Shown: positions 39,179-49,104 of the stretch, one piece after another
Layout: each line of letters opens with the position of its first letter
How positions within the stretch are numbered: position 1 is the first letter of the stretch
Assembly (NCBI GenBank): GCA_964459995.1
Contig: CAYWOR010000013.1
Span: 8,007-72,006 of the forward strand
Source: an uncultured bacterium
GTDB lineage: Bacteria > UBP14 > UBA6098
DNA length: 64,000 bases
Direction: 5' to 3'
Position numbers and translations under genes: made by a program
The notes under the pieces: generated by a model
Database searches by the model: none
What the model was told of the DNA's origin: nothing
Seen by the model: the letters and a program-made list of their open reading frames with translations, nothing else

Positions 39179-40713
39179 GAATCCTCCTGAGAAAAGTTTG
39201 GTCGTTGACTGCATATAATTTCCAATAAATACAAATTCTCGTGAAATTTTTCTCCGCTAAGCATTGTTAAACGGAAGTCATTACCCAATTCGCGAATTAG
39301 CAGAGAATCTCTATCGTAAAAAAGGATTTCTTCGATATTTCTATCACAAAGCTCCTCTTTTAAAGTAGCCATTTTCTCCCTGCTGTCCACATAGAATACA
39401 TTGTAACGATGGATATCTAAAGCGTAATAATACGCGAAAAAGACATATGTTGTAACAACTGTGCTGATGCCCGATTCATCGCTTGTCTCCATTATAAACG
39501 AAGAGCGTTCCATCTCTTCAGGCAATTTCACAATTTTCCTCAAAAAACCCGAGCCAAAAGAAAACAGCGCGAGAACGACAAGCACGATTCTGCCTGTCGT
39601 CCTATAATGAGCAGACAATGTTCCCAATCCCAACAGGATACTCACCGTTAGGGGAATGTAAATCGATTGAAGATACCTCGACCCCATTGTTTTGCCACCG
39701 GCATTCGGCGATATTAATGCGGTAATTCCCGCGAAAACAACACAGACCAAAGCAATTCTAAAAGCTAAGCTTTGAAGTTTATTCCGATTTTTCTTAAAGC
39801 CTAAGGCGATGGGAATCAAACATAACAGTAAATATGTGGAGCTCCAGAATTCTTGGCTTAACATATAATGAATAATCCATTTTCGACTTAACAAATACTT
39901 ATCTATATTGTCATATGCAAATTGTGAGTAAGTCAATCCAAAAGGATGTGAATAAAAGAAACTATTAGATGAGAAGAACAGAAACACTCCGATAAGACCC
40001 CCCAGAATAAATTTGGCAATTAATTCTTTTTTATCCTTTCGTGTCCGCTCGCTATCAGTTAGAACAAAAAACAAGAAAGCCGGAAAATAACTAATGAACT
40101 CTAATCTTATCAACAACCCGATGCCCAACAACAATCCGGCGAGAAAGACCTTCTCGGGCTTTGTTAAAAAGATTAAGAAAACGATAAGGATAATCAGGTC
40201 ACCTAAAGTATGTTCCCACAGAAGTGAACCGTATAAAGCCAGGGGTGTGCAAAGTCCTGCTAAAATGATTGCAAATAAACGGTTCGGCTCCGACAAGCCG
40301 GTCTTTTTTGCAAATTCATAGCCCATTAAAAGAAGCAATGCTAAAGATAACAAGGGAATGATATTCAAGCCAGGCCACCCCAAAAACCTATAAAACCACG
40401 ACGTCAGCCAGCAAAATAGAGGTGTCTGCGTGCAAAAATAGGCGTCATTTTTTTTGACGATAAAAGGTTCCCGAAAAGGCCGTGTGTCAGTAGCTTCCCA
40501 AACTTCTTCTGCCCAATCATTTTTAGATAGCCTGTCAATTTTGAAATCGAAAGGATTATCTCCCGACAATTTCTCTATCAGAAAGATTTTGTTTGCTGAG
40601 TCGTTGAGATAGAATCCACGAAACGGAAAGACAAAGAAAGCCAAAAAGCCCATTCCAGCCACTAATAAAGCAATAAAAAGGGATGTTACATGCCTGTAAA
40701 TTTTTATAGGCAT
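39175..40713 (-). CDS. Multi-pass membrane protein, GT-C (PMT/ArnT-like) glycosyltransferase candidate
   Basis: About 11-12 TM segments, LWEHT, IRLE, GSRYL motifs; AT-rich. Confidence 0.6.
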   Translation of the reverse strand: MPIKIYRHVTSLFIALLVAGMGFLAFFVFPFRGFYLNDSANKIFLIEKLSGDNPFDFKIDRLSKNDWAEEVWEATDTRPFREPFIVKKNDAYFCTQTPLFCWLTSWFYRFLGWPGLNIIPLLSLALLLLMGYEFAKKTGLSEPNRLFAIILAGLCTPLALYGSLLWEHTLGDLIILIVFLIFLTKPEKVFLAGLLLGIGLLIRLEFISYFPAFLFFVLTDSERTRKDKKELIAKFILGGLIGVFLFFSSNSFFYSHPFGLTYSQFAYDNIDKYLLSRKWIIHYMLSQEFWSSTYLLLCLIPIALGFKKNRNKLQSLAFRIALVCVVFAGITALISPNAGGKTMGSRYLQSIYIPLTVSILLGLGTLSAHYRTTGRIVLVVLALFSFGSGFLRKIVKLPEEMERSSFIMETSDESGISTVVTTYVFFAYYYALDIHRYNVFYVDSREKMATLKEELCDRNIEEILFYDRDSLLIRELGNDFRLTMLSGEKFHENLYLLEIICSQRPNFSQEDS

Positions 40714-40716
40714 ATT

Positions 40717-42066
40717 TTAAACCTCTTCAATACGGAATTTTTCCAAAAATGAGGTGTCCGCTTTGCCCTCGATGAATCTTTCGTCGCGCATTACCTGTCT
40801 GTGGAAAGGAATCGTCGTGGGGACACCTTCGATTATAAACTCGTTCAAGGCGCGGGTCATCCTCGCGAGAGCCTCCTCGCGGTCTCTTCCATGGCAGATA
40901 AGCTTCGCTATCATCGAATCGTAATATGGTGGAATAACATAGCCCGCATAGGCATGTGTATCGACTCGAACCCCCGGCCCACCCGGCGGATGGAACACCG
41001 TAATCTTCCCCGGCCGCGGCGCGAAACCATGATATGGATCCTCCGCATTTATACGGCACTCGATGGCGTGTCCGCGAATTTCAAGCTCCTCCTGAGCAAG
41101 AGGCAATGGCCTTCCACCGGCTATTCGAATCTGCTCCTTAACTAAATCGAGGCCGACAATTATCTCCGTAACCGGATGCTCGACCTGAATCCGCGTGTTC
41201 ATCTCCATAAAATAGAAATTCCCCTCGGTGTCGAGCAAAAACTCGATAGTTCCAGCGCCTTCATAATCGATATTCGATGCGGCCAAAGCCGCTCTTCGTC
41301 CGATTTCGTCCCTTGTGTCGGGACTGACCGCCGGAGAAGGCGATTCTTCGATTAGCTTCTGATGTCTCCGTTGAATCGAACAATCGCGCTCGCCGAGGTG
41401 AATGACATTCCCCTTGCCATCGCCCAAAAGCTGAATCTCGATATGGCGAGGATTACTTACATATTTCTCGATATAGACATCCGGATTTCCAAATGCGTTC
41501 TTCGCCTCGGTGCGCGCCATCTCGAAATTTGCCAAAAACTCTTTGCTGTTCTGTGCGATACGCATCCCCTTGCCGCCGCCGCCGGCAGTGGCCTTGATTA
41601 TCACCGGAAACCCAATTTCCTCAGCGATTTTCAGAGCGGCTTTGGGGTCGTCGATAACCCCATCGGAACCGGGAACGGTTGGAACTCCGGCCTCGCGCAT
41701 AATCCGCTTGGCCTCCGCTTTGTCCCCCATCTTACGGATCATTTCCGAGCTTGGCCCGATGAATTTGATATTATGCGATTCGCACATCTCGGCGAACGCG
41801 GCGTTTTCCGCAAGAAAACCATAACCGGGATGAATCGCGTCGGAGTTCGAGATTATCGCCGCAGAGATTACCCTTCGCGGATCGAGATAACTCTCCATCG
41901 GTCGCGGAGGGCCGATACATATGGCCTCGTCCGCAATAAGCACCGGAAGCGTATCCGCATCGGCGGTGGAATAAACCGCAACCGCCCTTTTGCCAAGCTC
42001 CTGACACGCCCGAATAACTCTAAGCGCTATTTCTCCTCTATTTGCGACGAGGACTTTTGTTAACAT
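40717..42066 (-). CDS. accC: Acetyl-CoA carboxylase biotin carboxylase
   Basis: [44 protein letters not shown]. Confidence 0.97.
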   Translation of the reverse strand: MLTKVLVANRGEIALRVIRACQELGKRAVAVYSTADADTLPVLIADEAICIGPPRPMESYLDPRRVISAAIISNSDAIHPGYGFLAENAAFAEMCESHNIKFIGPSSEMIRKMGDKAEAKRIMREAGVPTVPGSDGVIDDPKAALKIAEEIGFPVIIKATAGGGGKGMRIAQNSKEFLANFEMARTEAKNAFGNPDVYIEKYVSNPRHIEIQLLGDGKGNVIHLGERDCSIQRRHQKLIEESPSPAVSPDTRDEIGRRAALAASNIDYEGAGTIEFLLDTEGNFYFMEMNTRIQVEHPVTEIIVGLDLVKEQIRIAGGRPLPLAQEELEIRGHAIECRINAEDPYHGFAPRPGKITVFHPPGGPGVRVDTHAYAGYVIPPYYDSMIAKLICHGRDREEALARMTRALNEFIIEGVPTTIPFHRQVMRDERFIEGKADTSFLEKFRIEEV

Positions 42067-42077
42067 AAAATCACCAA

Positions 42078-43241
42078 TTAAGCGTTTGTTCCGGAATCCT
42101 GCTGAAGAGTCTCCACATCCAGCTCGCTTTGTCCCTGTGCGAATTCGCGCCAGCCACGGTCTGCGCCGCCGACAATACCTTCGACCCTAAGCAGGAAATC
42201 GTCCGGGCTTGCCGAATTCTCGAGCGCTGTTTCGAGCGAAATTGCGCCGTTCTGATAAAACCACATCAGCGACTGGTCGAAACTTTGCATACCATATTGC
42301 GCCGCGCCTTCCTTGATAAGATCGCGGATCTCGCCGGTGCGCTCCGGAGAAGTGATACACTCACGAATCGCGCCGGTGCCCACAAGTATCTCAACCGCGG
42401 GCAGTCGGCCGACCTTGTCGCAACGCGGAATTAGCCTCTGCGAAACGATAGCTCTTAGCGTGCTTCCGATAAGATGCCGCATCTCCAAATGCTGATGCGG
42501 CGGGAAGAATGATAGAATACGATATATTGTCTGCACGCTGTCCAAAGTGTGAAGCGTGCTCAAAACCAAATGCCCCGTGTCCGCCGCCGAAAGCGCGATG
42601 GACATAGTCTCGGCATCACGAATCTCGCCCACGAGAATTATATCGGGGTCCTGCCGAAGCGCCTGTTTAAGGCCCATCGCATAAAAATGGCAGTCGTTCC
42701 CGATCTCCCTCTGTGCGATAATCGATTTGTTATTCCGGTGCATATACTCGATAGGATCTTCGATTGTGATAATATGCGCGCCTTTGTTGCGATTGATATA
42801 GTCTATCATCGAGGCGAGAGTCGTCGATTTTCCCGATCCTGTAACACCGGTTACAAGAATCAACCCGCGCGGCTCCATCGCAACTTTTTCGAGAACCTTC
42901 GGCAGATGAAGCCCTGCAAAATTCGGAACATTCGTGTTTATCAACCTGAATGCGATGCCCGTGTTTCCGCGCTCTTTATAAATATTCACCCTAAAACGGC
43001 TTCCAGAGGGCACCTCATAGGCGAGGTCGAGTTCCCACTCCTGCTCGAAACGTTGTCTTTGCTCCGGGCTAAGCATCAAATTCAAGAAATGCTCCATCCT
43101 GTCCGTCTCGAGAAATTCCCTGTCCGCAGGCAAGAGCTTTCCGTTGATACGGTAAACCGGCGGCATATCGATACGAAGATGAAGGTCGGAAGCCTTCTTG
43201 TGGGGCATTTCAGATAAAAGTCTAATTAAATCGAGAGCCAT
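42078..43241 (-). CDS. pilT: PilT/PilU family retraction ATPase
   Basis: [15 protein letters not shown] Walker [40 protein letters not shown]. Confidence 0.9.
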   Translation of the reverse strand: MALDLIRLLSEMPHKKASDLHLRIDMPPVYRINGKLLPADREFLETDRMEHFLNLMLSPEQRQRFEQEWELDLAYEVPSGSRFRVNIYKERGNTGIAFRLINTNVPNFAGLHLPKVLEKVAMEPRGLILVTGVTGSGKSTTLASMIDYINRNKGAHIITIEDPIEYMHRNNKSIIAQREIGNDCHFYAMGLKQALRQDPDIILVGEIRDAETMSIALSAADTGHLVLSTLHTLDSVQTIYRILSFFPPHQHLEMRHLIGSTLRAIVSQRLIPRCDKVGRLPAVEILVGTGAIRECITSPERTGEIRDLIKEGAAQYGMQSFDQSLMWFYQNGAISLETALENSASPDDFLLRVEGIVGGADRGWREFAQGQSELDVETLQQDSGTNA

Positions 43242-43248
43242 ATCTTCC

Positions 43249-43761
43249 TCAATCCGGGTCAATTAGGAACATTACCTGGCCGAATTCTACCGGCTGTTCG
43301 TTTTCGACGAGAATCTTAACAACCTTGCCGGAAAAATCCGACTGAATCTCGTTCATCAGCTTCATCGCCTCGACTATACATACCACCTGCCCCGCCTCGA
43401 TATGGTCGCCGACCTTAACATAAGGCTCCGCTCCCGGCGCGGGTGCACGGTAAAACGTTCCCACGATTGGCGAGGTTATTTTTTCAAACCCGGCGGTCGC
43501 ATCGAGTTCTTCGGGTGGAAATTCTGCCCCTTGCGAAGGCTGAATACCCACAGCGGCATGAGGGGGGGCGATCATCGGAACGCCACCCGTCGGTGCGATG
43601 TTGTTGTTGTTGAAAATCGACGAAGTTCCCTCCGGAGTCCCTTTGCGAATCTTGATTTCGCCGCTTTCATCCTTGATTTCAAGCTCTAACTCCTCGATTT
43701 CGCTTTCTTCGAGAAGTTGCAGAAGCTCTTTAATCTTCTGAATGTCCATATGCTCTCCCAT
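43249..43761 (-). CDS. accB: Biotin carboxyl carrier protein
   Basis: SPIVGTFY, EAMKLMNEI. Confidence 0.96.
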   Translation of the reverse strand: MGEHMDIQKIKELLQLLEESEIEELELEIKDESGEIKIRKGTPEGTSSIFNNNNIAPTGGVPMIAPPHAAVGIQPSQGAEFPPEELDATAGFEKITSPIVGTFYRAPAPGAEPYVKVGDHIEAGQVVCIVEAMKLMNEIQSDFSGKVVKILVENEQPVEFGQVMFLIDPD

Positions 43762-43771
43762 CTGGAGATTT

Positions 43772-44266
43772 CTATTTCGAGGCTAGTCTCTCCCGTGTAT
43801 AGGGAATAAGCCCCCCAGCCCTCAATATCCCGAAAACCTCCGAAGATGGCGGCGGAAAATCGAGAGTTCTACCGTTGATATATATCTTGCCGGCTTCGAG
43901 ATCGATCTCGACCCTGTCACCGGATTTCACAACTTCCTGAATCTCCGAATTTGTAATCGCGAAAAGCCCGCTATTAAGGCAATTCCGGTAAAATATTCTC
44001 GCGAAACTCTTGGCGATAACCGCACGGCATCCCGCGGCTTTAATTGCGATCGCCGCCTGCTCCCTGCTCGAGCCGCACCCGAAATTCTTTCCGGCGACAA
44101 TAACATCGCCCTCCTCGACCTTTTTGACGAAATCGGGGTCGAGGTCCTCGAGGGCGTGCTCGCCCATCTGTTCCGGAGTCATCGGCTCGTAGGTGTATTT
44201 CCCCGGGAAAATCACATCGGTGTTGACATCGTCGCCATAAACGAAGGTTTTTCCTTGTATTTTCAT
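43772..44266 (-). CDS. leuD: LeuD/homoaconitase small subunit
   Basis: [30 protein letters not shown]; start at MKIQG. Confidence 0.9.
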   Translation of the reverse strand: MKIQGKTFVYGDDVNTDVIFPGKYTYEPMTPEQMGEHALEDLDPDFVKKVEEGDVIVAGKNFGCGSSREQAAIAIKAAGCRAVIAKSFARIFYRNCLNSGLFAITNSEIQEVVKSGDRVEIDLEAGKIYINGRTLDFPPPSSEVFGILRAGGLIPYTRERLASK

Positions 44267-45519
44267 TATATCGACCTCGGATCGGTTATATGTCCTGTCA
44301 ACGCAGATGCCGCGGCGGTGTATGGACTCGCAAGATATATCTCGGCATCGGCACAACCCATTCTGCCCTTGAAATTGCGGTTCGCGGTTGAAAGTGTAAC
44401 CTCCCCCGGGGCCATAACTCCCTGATGCGCGCCCAAGCATGGCCCGCAACCGGGTCCCATAATAGTCGCGCCGGACTCTGCAAGCGCCGCCAGAGTGCCG
44501 TCTTTGCCGGCCTCGACATAAACCTCCCTGCTCGCGGGGAATACCAACAAACGCACACCTTTGGCGATTTTCTTGCCTTCGAGTATTTTTCGCGCCTCGC
44601 GAAGGTCCTCGATTCGGCCGTTAGTGCATGTTCCGATGAGCACCTGATCGACCTTCACGTCGGCGGCGTTTTTTGCGAGATCGAGATTATCGACTGTGTG
44701 AGGCCTTGCGATAACCGGTTCGATTTTCCCGAGGTCATATTCGAATTCGCGCTCATAAACAGCGTCCTCATCCGGAAGAATAAGCTCGTATTCGGCGTCA
44801 GTTCTGCCCTTCAGCCATTCGACAACCTTGTCGTCGGGCACGCATATTCCCGCCTTGGCACCCATCTCCGCCGACAAATTAGACAGCACGAGTCTTCCGG
44901 TAATGGGCATATCGAAAAGCCCCGGGCCGGTGAACTCCACCGACTTGTAAATTGCGCCGTCCGCGCCGATATCTCCGATAATTGCCAGCGCAAGGTCCTT
45001 CGGTGTAACATAATCGCCAAATTTGCCATCGAGCACCATCTTGAAGCTTTCCGGCACTCGAAGCCAAAGCTCGCCGGTAGCCCATATAACAGCGGCCTCC
45101 GACCTTCCGATACCTGCCGCAAATGCCCCGAAAGCGCCATGCGAGTTCGTATGGCTGTCCGAGCCGAGAATTACAGTCCCCGGAAGCGCAAGCCCCTTTT
45201 CCGGCAGAACCTGATGGCAGATTCCGCAACCGACATCGTAAAAATGCCGGATTCCCTGCTTTTCGACGAAATTGCGGATTTTCTGATGGCCTTTAGCATG
45301 AGTTTCGCTGGCCGCAGGCACCGTGTGGTCGAGGATAATAACGATTTTTTCGGGATGTTTGACCTTTTCCACCCCAAGCTTTTCGAAATGGCCGATAATC
45401 GCCGAAGAATTATCGTGCGAGAGCACATAATCCGGCTTTGAAGTGATTATCTGCCCAACCGAGACTTCTTTTAGCCCGGTATTTTTTGCGAGAATCTTCT
45501 CGGCAAGAGTTTTCCCCAT
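44266..45519 (-). CDS. leuC: LeuC/homoaconitase large subunit
   Basis: DH, GICHQ, DSHT, GTCTNGR, CGPCLG, NRNFKGRMG. Confidence 0.92.
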   Translation of the reverse strand: MGKTLAEKILAKNTGLKEVSVGQIITSKPDYVLSHDNSSAIIGHFEKLGVEKVKHPEKIVIILDHTVPAASETHAKGHQKIRNFVEKQGIRHFYDVGCGICHQVLPEKGLALPGTVILGSDSHTNSHGAFGAFAAGIGRSEAAVIWATGELWLRVPESFKMVLDGKFGDYVTPKDLALAIIGDIGADGAIYKSVEFTGPGLFDMPITGRLVLSNLSAEMGAKAGICVPDDKVVEWLKGRTDAEYELILPDEDAVYEREFEYDLGKIEPVIARPHTVDNLDLAKNAADVKVDQVLIGTCTNGRIEDLREARKILEGKKIAKGVRLLVFPASREVYVEAGKDGTLAALAESGATIMGPGCGPCLGAHQGVMAPGEVTLSTANRNFKGRMGCADAEIYLASPYTAAASALTGHITDPRSI

Positions 45520-45543
45520 TTTCTTCCTTTGAATTCTAAATTT

Positions 45544-46260
45544 CTATTCCGTTATTGCCCTCATATGGGCCTTTAATCTCTCGATAACGCCGTCTCTGTC
45601 CGAAGTTATTTCCTCCGGATAGATAGGTTCGCCGACGACGATACGAATATCTGCCGGCTTGAACCATTTTGCCCCGCGCGGAAGAACCTTCGCGGTTCCC
45701 TCGATTCTAAGCGGGATAATCGGCACGCCCGCTTTCTGCGGGATTTTCAGCGTGCCGGCTTTGATTTCGCCAAGCTCGCCGGTGCGCGTTCGGGTGCCCT
45801 CCGGGAAAACGACAAATCGCCTCCCCGATTTTACCCTCTCGATTATTAGCAAAATCGCTTCCAATTCGCGCCTACTACCCCTTCGCTCGACAAAAACACC
45901 GTCGGCGGCAAGAACCCATAAGCCGATCGGGAAAAGTTTTATCAGCGATCTTCTTGCCACATATGAGGCGTGCGAATCGATATAGCCCGATACCGCGCAA
46001 ATATCGACATAGCTGGAATGATTGGCAAAGAACACAACAGACTCGCTCTTTTCGGGCAACTCCCCGTCAACCTCGACCCGTGATAATGTCGAGGCGAAAA
46101 GGGCGCGGCACCACCATCGGTGGAATAATCCGGCAAACCACAGGCGAACCCTTCGCCCAAAAGGATAGAGCGCCCAAACAACCAACGCTCCGATTACCAA
46201 AAGCACATAAAGAATCGGAATCAGGACAAGGCTTATCAGAAAAGAAACTATCCTTCGCAT
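45544..46260 (-). CDS. plsC: 1-acyl-sn-glycerol-3-phosphate acyltransferase
   Basis: NHSSYVD, FPEGTR; start at MRRIV. Confidence 0.88.
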   Translation of the reverse strand: MRRIVSFLISLVLIPILYVLLVIGALVVWALYPFGRRVRLWFAGLFHRWWCRALFASTLSRVEVDGELPEKSESVVFFANHSSYVDICAVSGYIDSHASYVARRSLIKLFPIGLWVLAADGVFVERRGSRRELEAILLIIERVKSGRRFVVFPEGTRTRTGELGEIKAGTLKIPQKAGVPIIPLRIEGTAKVLPRGAKWFKPADIRIVVGEPIYPEEITSDRDGVIERLKAHMRAITE

Positions 46261-46739
46261 TATACGAAAAAGGGTTTCAGTTTGCGATAGGTTGTTTGTA
46301 AATACTCGTTGATGACCTTCACCTCGCCGAAAACCGGCATAAAATTGGTATCCCCGGCCCATCTCGGCACAATGTGAACATGGACATGGTCGATAAGCCC
46401 CGCGCCGGCCTCCCTTCCGATATTTATTCCGACATTGAATCCATGCGCGCCCACGGCCTCTTTCAGCGCGACGACACATCTCTGCACAAATGCCATCACC
46501 TCGACGGTTTCTTCCGGGGCGAGCCTCTCGAGGTCGCCGGTATGTGTGTTCGGCACCGCCATTAGATGGCCGTTGGCGTATGGATAGCGGTTCATAATCA
46601 CGAAAGCCCTATCGTTTCGAGCGAGGACAAGGTTAGCCTCGTCGTCATCGGAGTCGCGAGCAGAACAAAGGAAGCAACCGCCGTCCATCTCGCCGCTCTC
46701 GATATATTTCATCCGCCATGGCGCCCATATTCTTTCCAT
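46260..46739 (-). CDS. HIT family hydrolase (Ap4A phosphorylase-like)
   Basis: IWAPWRMKY, CFLC, YPYANGH, HVHVHIVPRW.GD.NF. Confidence 0.92.
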   Translation of the reverse strand: MERIWAPWRMKYIESGEMDGGCFLCSARDSDDDEANLVLARNDRAFVIMNRYPYANGHLMAVPNTHTGDLERLAPEETVEVMAFVQRCVVALKEAVGAHGFNVGINIGREAGAGLIDHVHVHIVPRWAGDTNFMPVFGEVKVINEYLQTTYRKLKPFFV

Positions 46740-46869
46740 AATTACACCTCGGTAATAAAGTATATCCCTTGACAACGAGTGTCAACACCTAAAACCTGAG
46801 ACCCCTTCCGAAAGCACGCTTGACACATCGGAAAAGCTTATCTATATTCTTTTTTTGAAAGGAGAAGCT

Positions 46870-47934
46870 TTGCAGAGCGAAAGACCGAATTACAAAAAGA
46901 TGGCGGGCGAACCTCCCGGAACGATGGTTCATATCGGCGAGCGTAAAATCGAGCGAACCGCAGTTACACTCATCGAATACGATTTCGAAAACTTCCGAGA
47001 AACCCCGATCGAAAGGCTCGAAGATATAATCGCCTCGAAAAACAGCGGCAAAATAAGCTGGATTAACATCGACGGCGTCCACGATACCGAATTCATATCG
47101 GCAATTGGAGAATCTTTCGGGCTTCACCCGCTCCTTCTCGAAGATGTGGTCAATACAGAGCAACGTCCAAAGCTCGACGACTACGGCGATTATATCTTTA
47201 CTGCGCTAAAAATGATCCACTACGATGATAAGACAGGTTTGCTCGATATCGAGCATGTCAGTCTTATTTTCGGAGAAAGCTGGGTGATAACCTTTCAGGA
47301 GCGCCCCGAGGACGCCTTCGACAATGTTCGCAACCGAATTCGAACCGGCAAAGGAAGAATCCGAAAAATGGGCGCGGATTATCTTGCCTACGCCCTCATC
47401 GACGCCATTGTCGATAACTATTTCGTCGTGCTGGAAAATATCGGCCTCAAAATCGAGGATATCGAGGAGGGGCTTGTCGAGGGACTTCATTCGAGCGCTT
47501 CCGCCGAAATTCACAAAATGAAGCGGCAGACAATCTTGCTTCGACATTCGATATGGCCACTGCGTGAGGTGATTAGCGGCTTCCAGCGCACAGGCTCAAA
47601 GCTCGTTTTAGAAAGCACCGGATATTTTCTTCGCGACCTCTACGACCACACGATTCAAGTAATCGATACCGTGGAAACCTACCGAGACATCCTTTCAGGC
47701 ATGCTCGACACGCATCTTTCGATGATAAGCAACCGTATGAACGAGGTTATGAAGGTTCTCACGATAATTGCGACGATATTTATCCCCCTGACCTTTATCG
47801 CCGGAGTTTATGGGATGAATTTCGAGTATATGCCCGAACTTGTTGTCAAATGGGCATATCCTGCGGTATTGGCGATTATGGCGATTGTCGCCGGGGCAAT
47901 GCTTCTTTTCTTCAAGAGGAAAAAATGGATTTGA
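46870..47934 (+). CDS. corA: Magnesium/cobalt transporter CorA
   Basis: QRPK, YGMNF motif, two C-terminal TMs; TTG start after GGAG (track start 46855). Confidence 0.95.
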   Translation: MQSERPNYKKMAGEPPGTMVHIGERKIERTAVTLIEYDFENFRETPIERLEDIIASKNSGKISWINIDGVHDTEFISAIGESFGLHPLLLEDVVNTEQRPKLDDYGDYIFTALKMIHYDDKTGLLDIEHVSLIFGESWVITFQERPEDAFDNVRNRIRTGKGRIRKMGADYLAYALIDAIVDNYFVVLENIGLKIEDIEEGLVEGLHSSASAEIHKMKRQTILLRHSIWPLREVISGFQRTGSKLVLESTGYFLRDLYDHTIQVIDTVETYRDILSGMLDTHLSMISNRMNEVMKVLTIIATIFIPLTFIAGVYGMNFEYMPELVVKWAYPAVLAIMAIVAGAMLLFFKRKKWI

Positions 47935-48347
47935 TTTACATCGCTGTAGGGGTTTTAATAATCGCATTTCTCGCGATAATTATTGCTGGGAAGAGGTTTC
48001 GAAAGAAAAACGAGTCCACAAATCGCGCATCGGAGCTTCGCCAGGAGCATTACGACAATCTCGCCGAAGAAAAGCGCGCAATTATGGCCAAAGAGGAAGA
48101 ACTGTTAGTCGAACACCCCTATTTCAAACTGAAAAAGCTTCGACTTCAGCGTGAAAAAGCGGACTCCGCCGGCGATCAGGTCAAAGTTACCGAGCTTGAC
48201 GACCAAATAGATTCTATCCGCGAGAAATACGAGGGCGCCGGCGAGGATCAGCTCGAGCGCGCTTATCATGAACAACTTGGAATGATGCGAAAACGCCTTT
48301 CAAAAATCGAAATCGAAATGCGCGAAATCCTTCGCCAGAATACATAG
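47925..48347 (+). CDS. Hypothetical N-anchored coiled-coil protein
   Basis: MDLIYIAVG TM followed by charged helical region; GAGG RBS. Confidence 0.7.
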   Translation: MDLIYIAVGVLIIAFLAIIIAGKRFRKKNESTNRASELRQEHYDNLAEEKRAIMAKEEELLVEHPYFKLKKLRLQREKADSAGDQVKVTELDDQIDSIREKYEGAGEDQLERAYHEQLGMMRKRLSKIEIEMREILRQNT

Positions 48348-48355
48348 GGAGCATA

Positions 48356-49006
48356 ATGAAAACAACATCTATTGCCCTTTTTGTCTTCGCGATAATATCT
48401 ACACTCGCACAGCCGCTATTAACTATCGATTTTCAATCGGATAAACCGGGGGAATTCCCTTCCGGATGGGATTCGAAGGATAAGAGCAATATGACTGCGG
48501 TGTATTCAATCGTCGAGGAGGACGGAAACCGCTTCCTTCGCGGCGACGCAAAGGGGACGAGCGTAACAATCGGTTTCGATAAGGAATGGAATCTCGCCGA
48601 TTATCCTATTCTGAAATGGCGTTGGCGTGCTGTAACAATGCCCACCGGCACAAACGAGCGTGAGAAATCCGGCAACGATAATGTCCTCGGCATGTATGTC
48701 GTTTTCGGCGGATGGCCGATACCCAACAGCATAAAATACATTTGGAGCGAGACTTTGCCGGTAGGCACAATTCTACCGTCGCCTTTTTCGAGCAAGACTC
48801 AGATGATAGTTATTCGAAGCGGAGTGGACGGCCTTGGCGAGTGGCTCGAGGAGGAGCGAAATGTCCTCGATGATTACCGCGAAGCCTTTTCCAAGCCGAC
48901 TGAATCCCCAGACGCCCGTGGTATAGGCGTTCTAACCGATTCCGATAACACCAAAACCCGCGCGGTAGGCGATTATGACGATATGATCATACTTCCGCTA
49001 AAATAA
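48356..49006 (+). CDS. DUF3047 family protein
   Basis: Signal peptide; YPILKWRW, YIWS, W.EE.RNV..DY, TDSDNT. Confidence 0.8.
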   Translation: MKTTSIALFVFAIISTLAQPLLTIDFQSDKPGEFPSGWDSKDKSNMTAVYSIVEEDGNRFLRGDAKGTSVTIGFDKEWNLADYPILKWRWRAVTMPTGTNEREKSGNDNVLGMYVVFGGWPIPNSIKYIWSETLPVGTILPSPFSSKTQMIVIRSGVDGLGEWLEEERNVLDDYREAFSKPTESPDARGIGVLTDSDNTKTRAVGDYDDMIILPLK

Positions 49007-49104
49007 AGCCTCGCCCCCTCGAATGTGCCTCGAAATAATGATTGAAATAACCGACACGCAGGATTATAATATCCTTTCTGTCGATATAATTTCAAGGAGG
49101 CATA

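Noticed and set aside
44425-45441. 338-aa plus-strand ORF
   Set aside because: Antisense shadow of leuC
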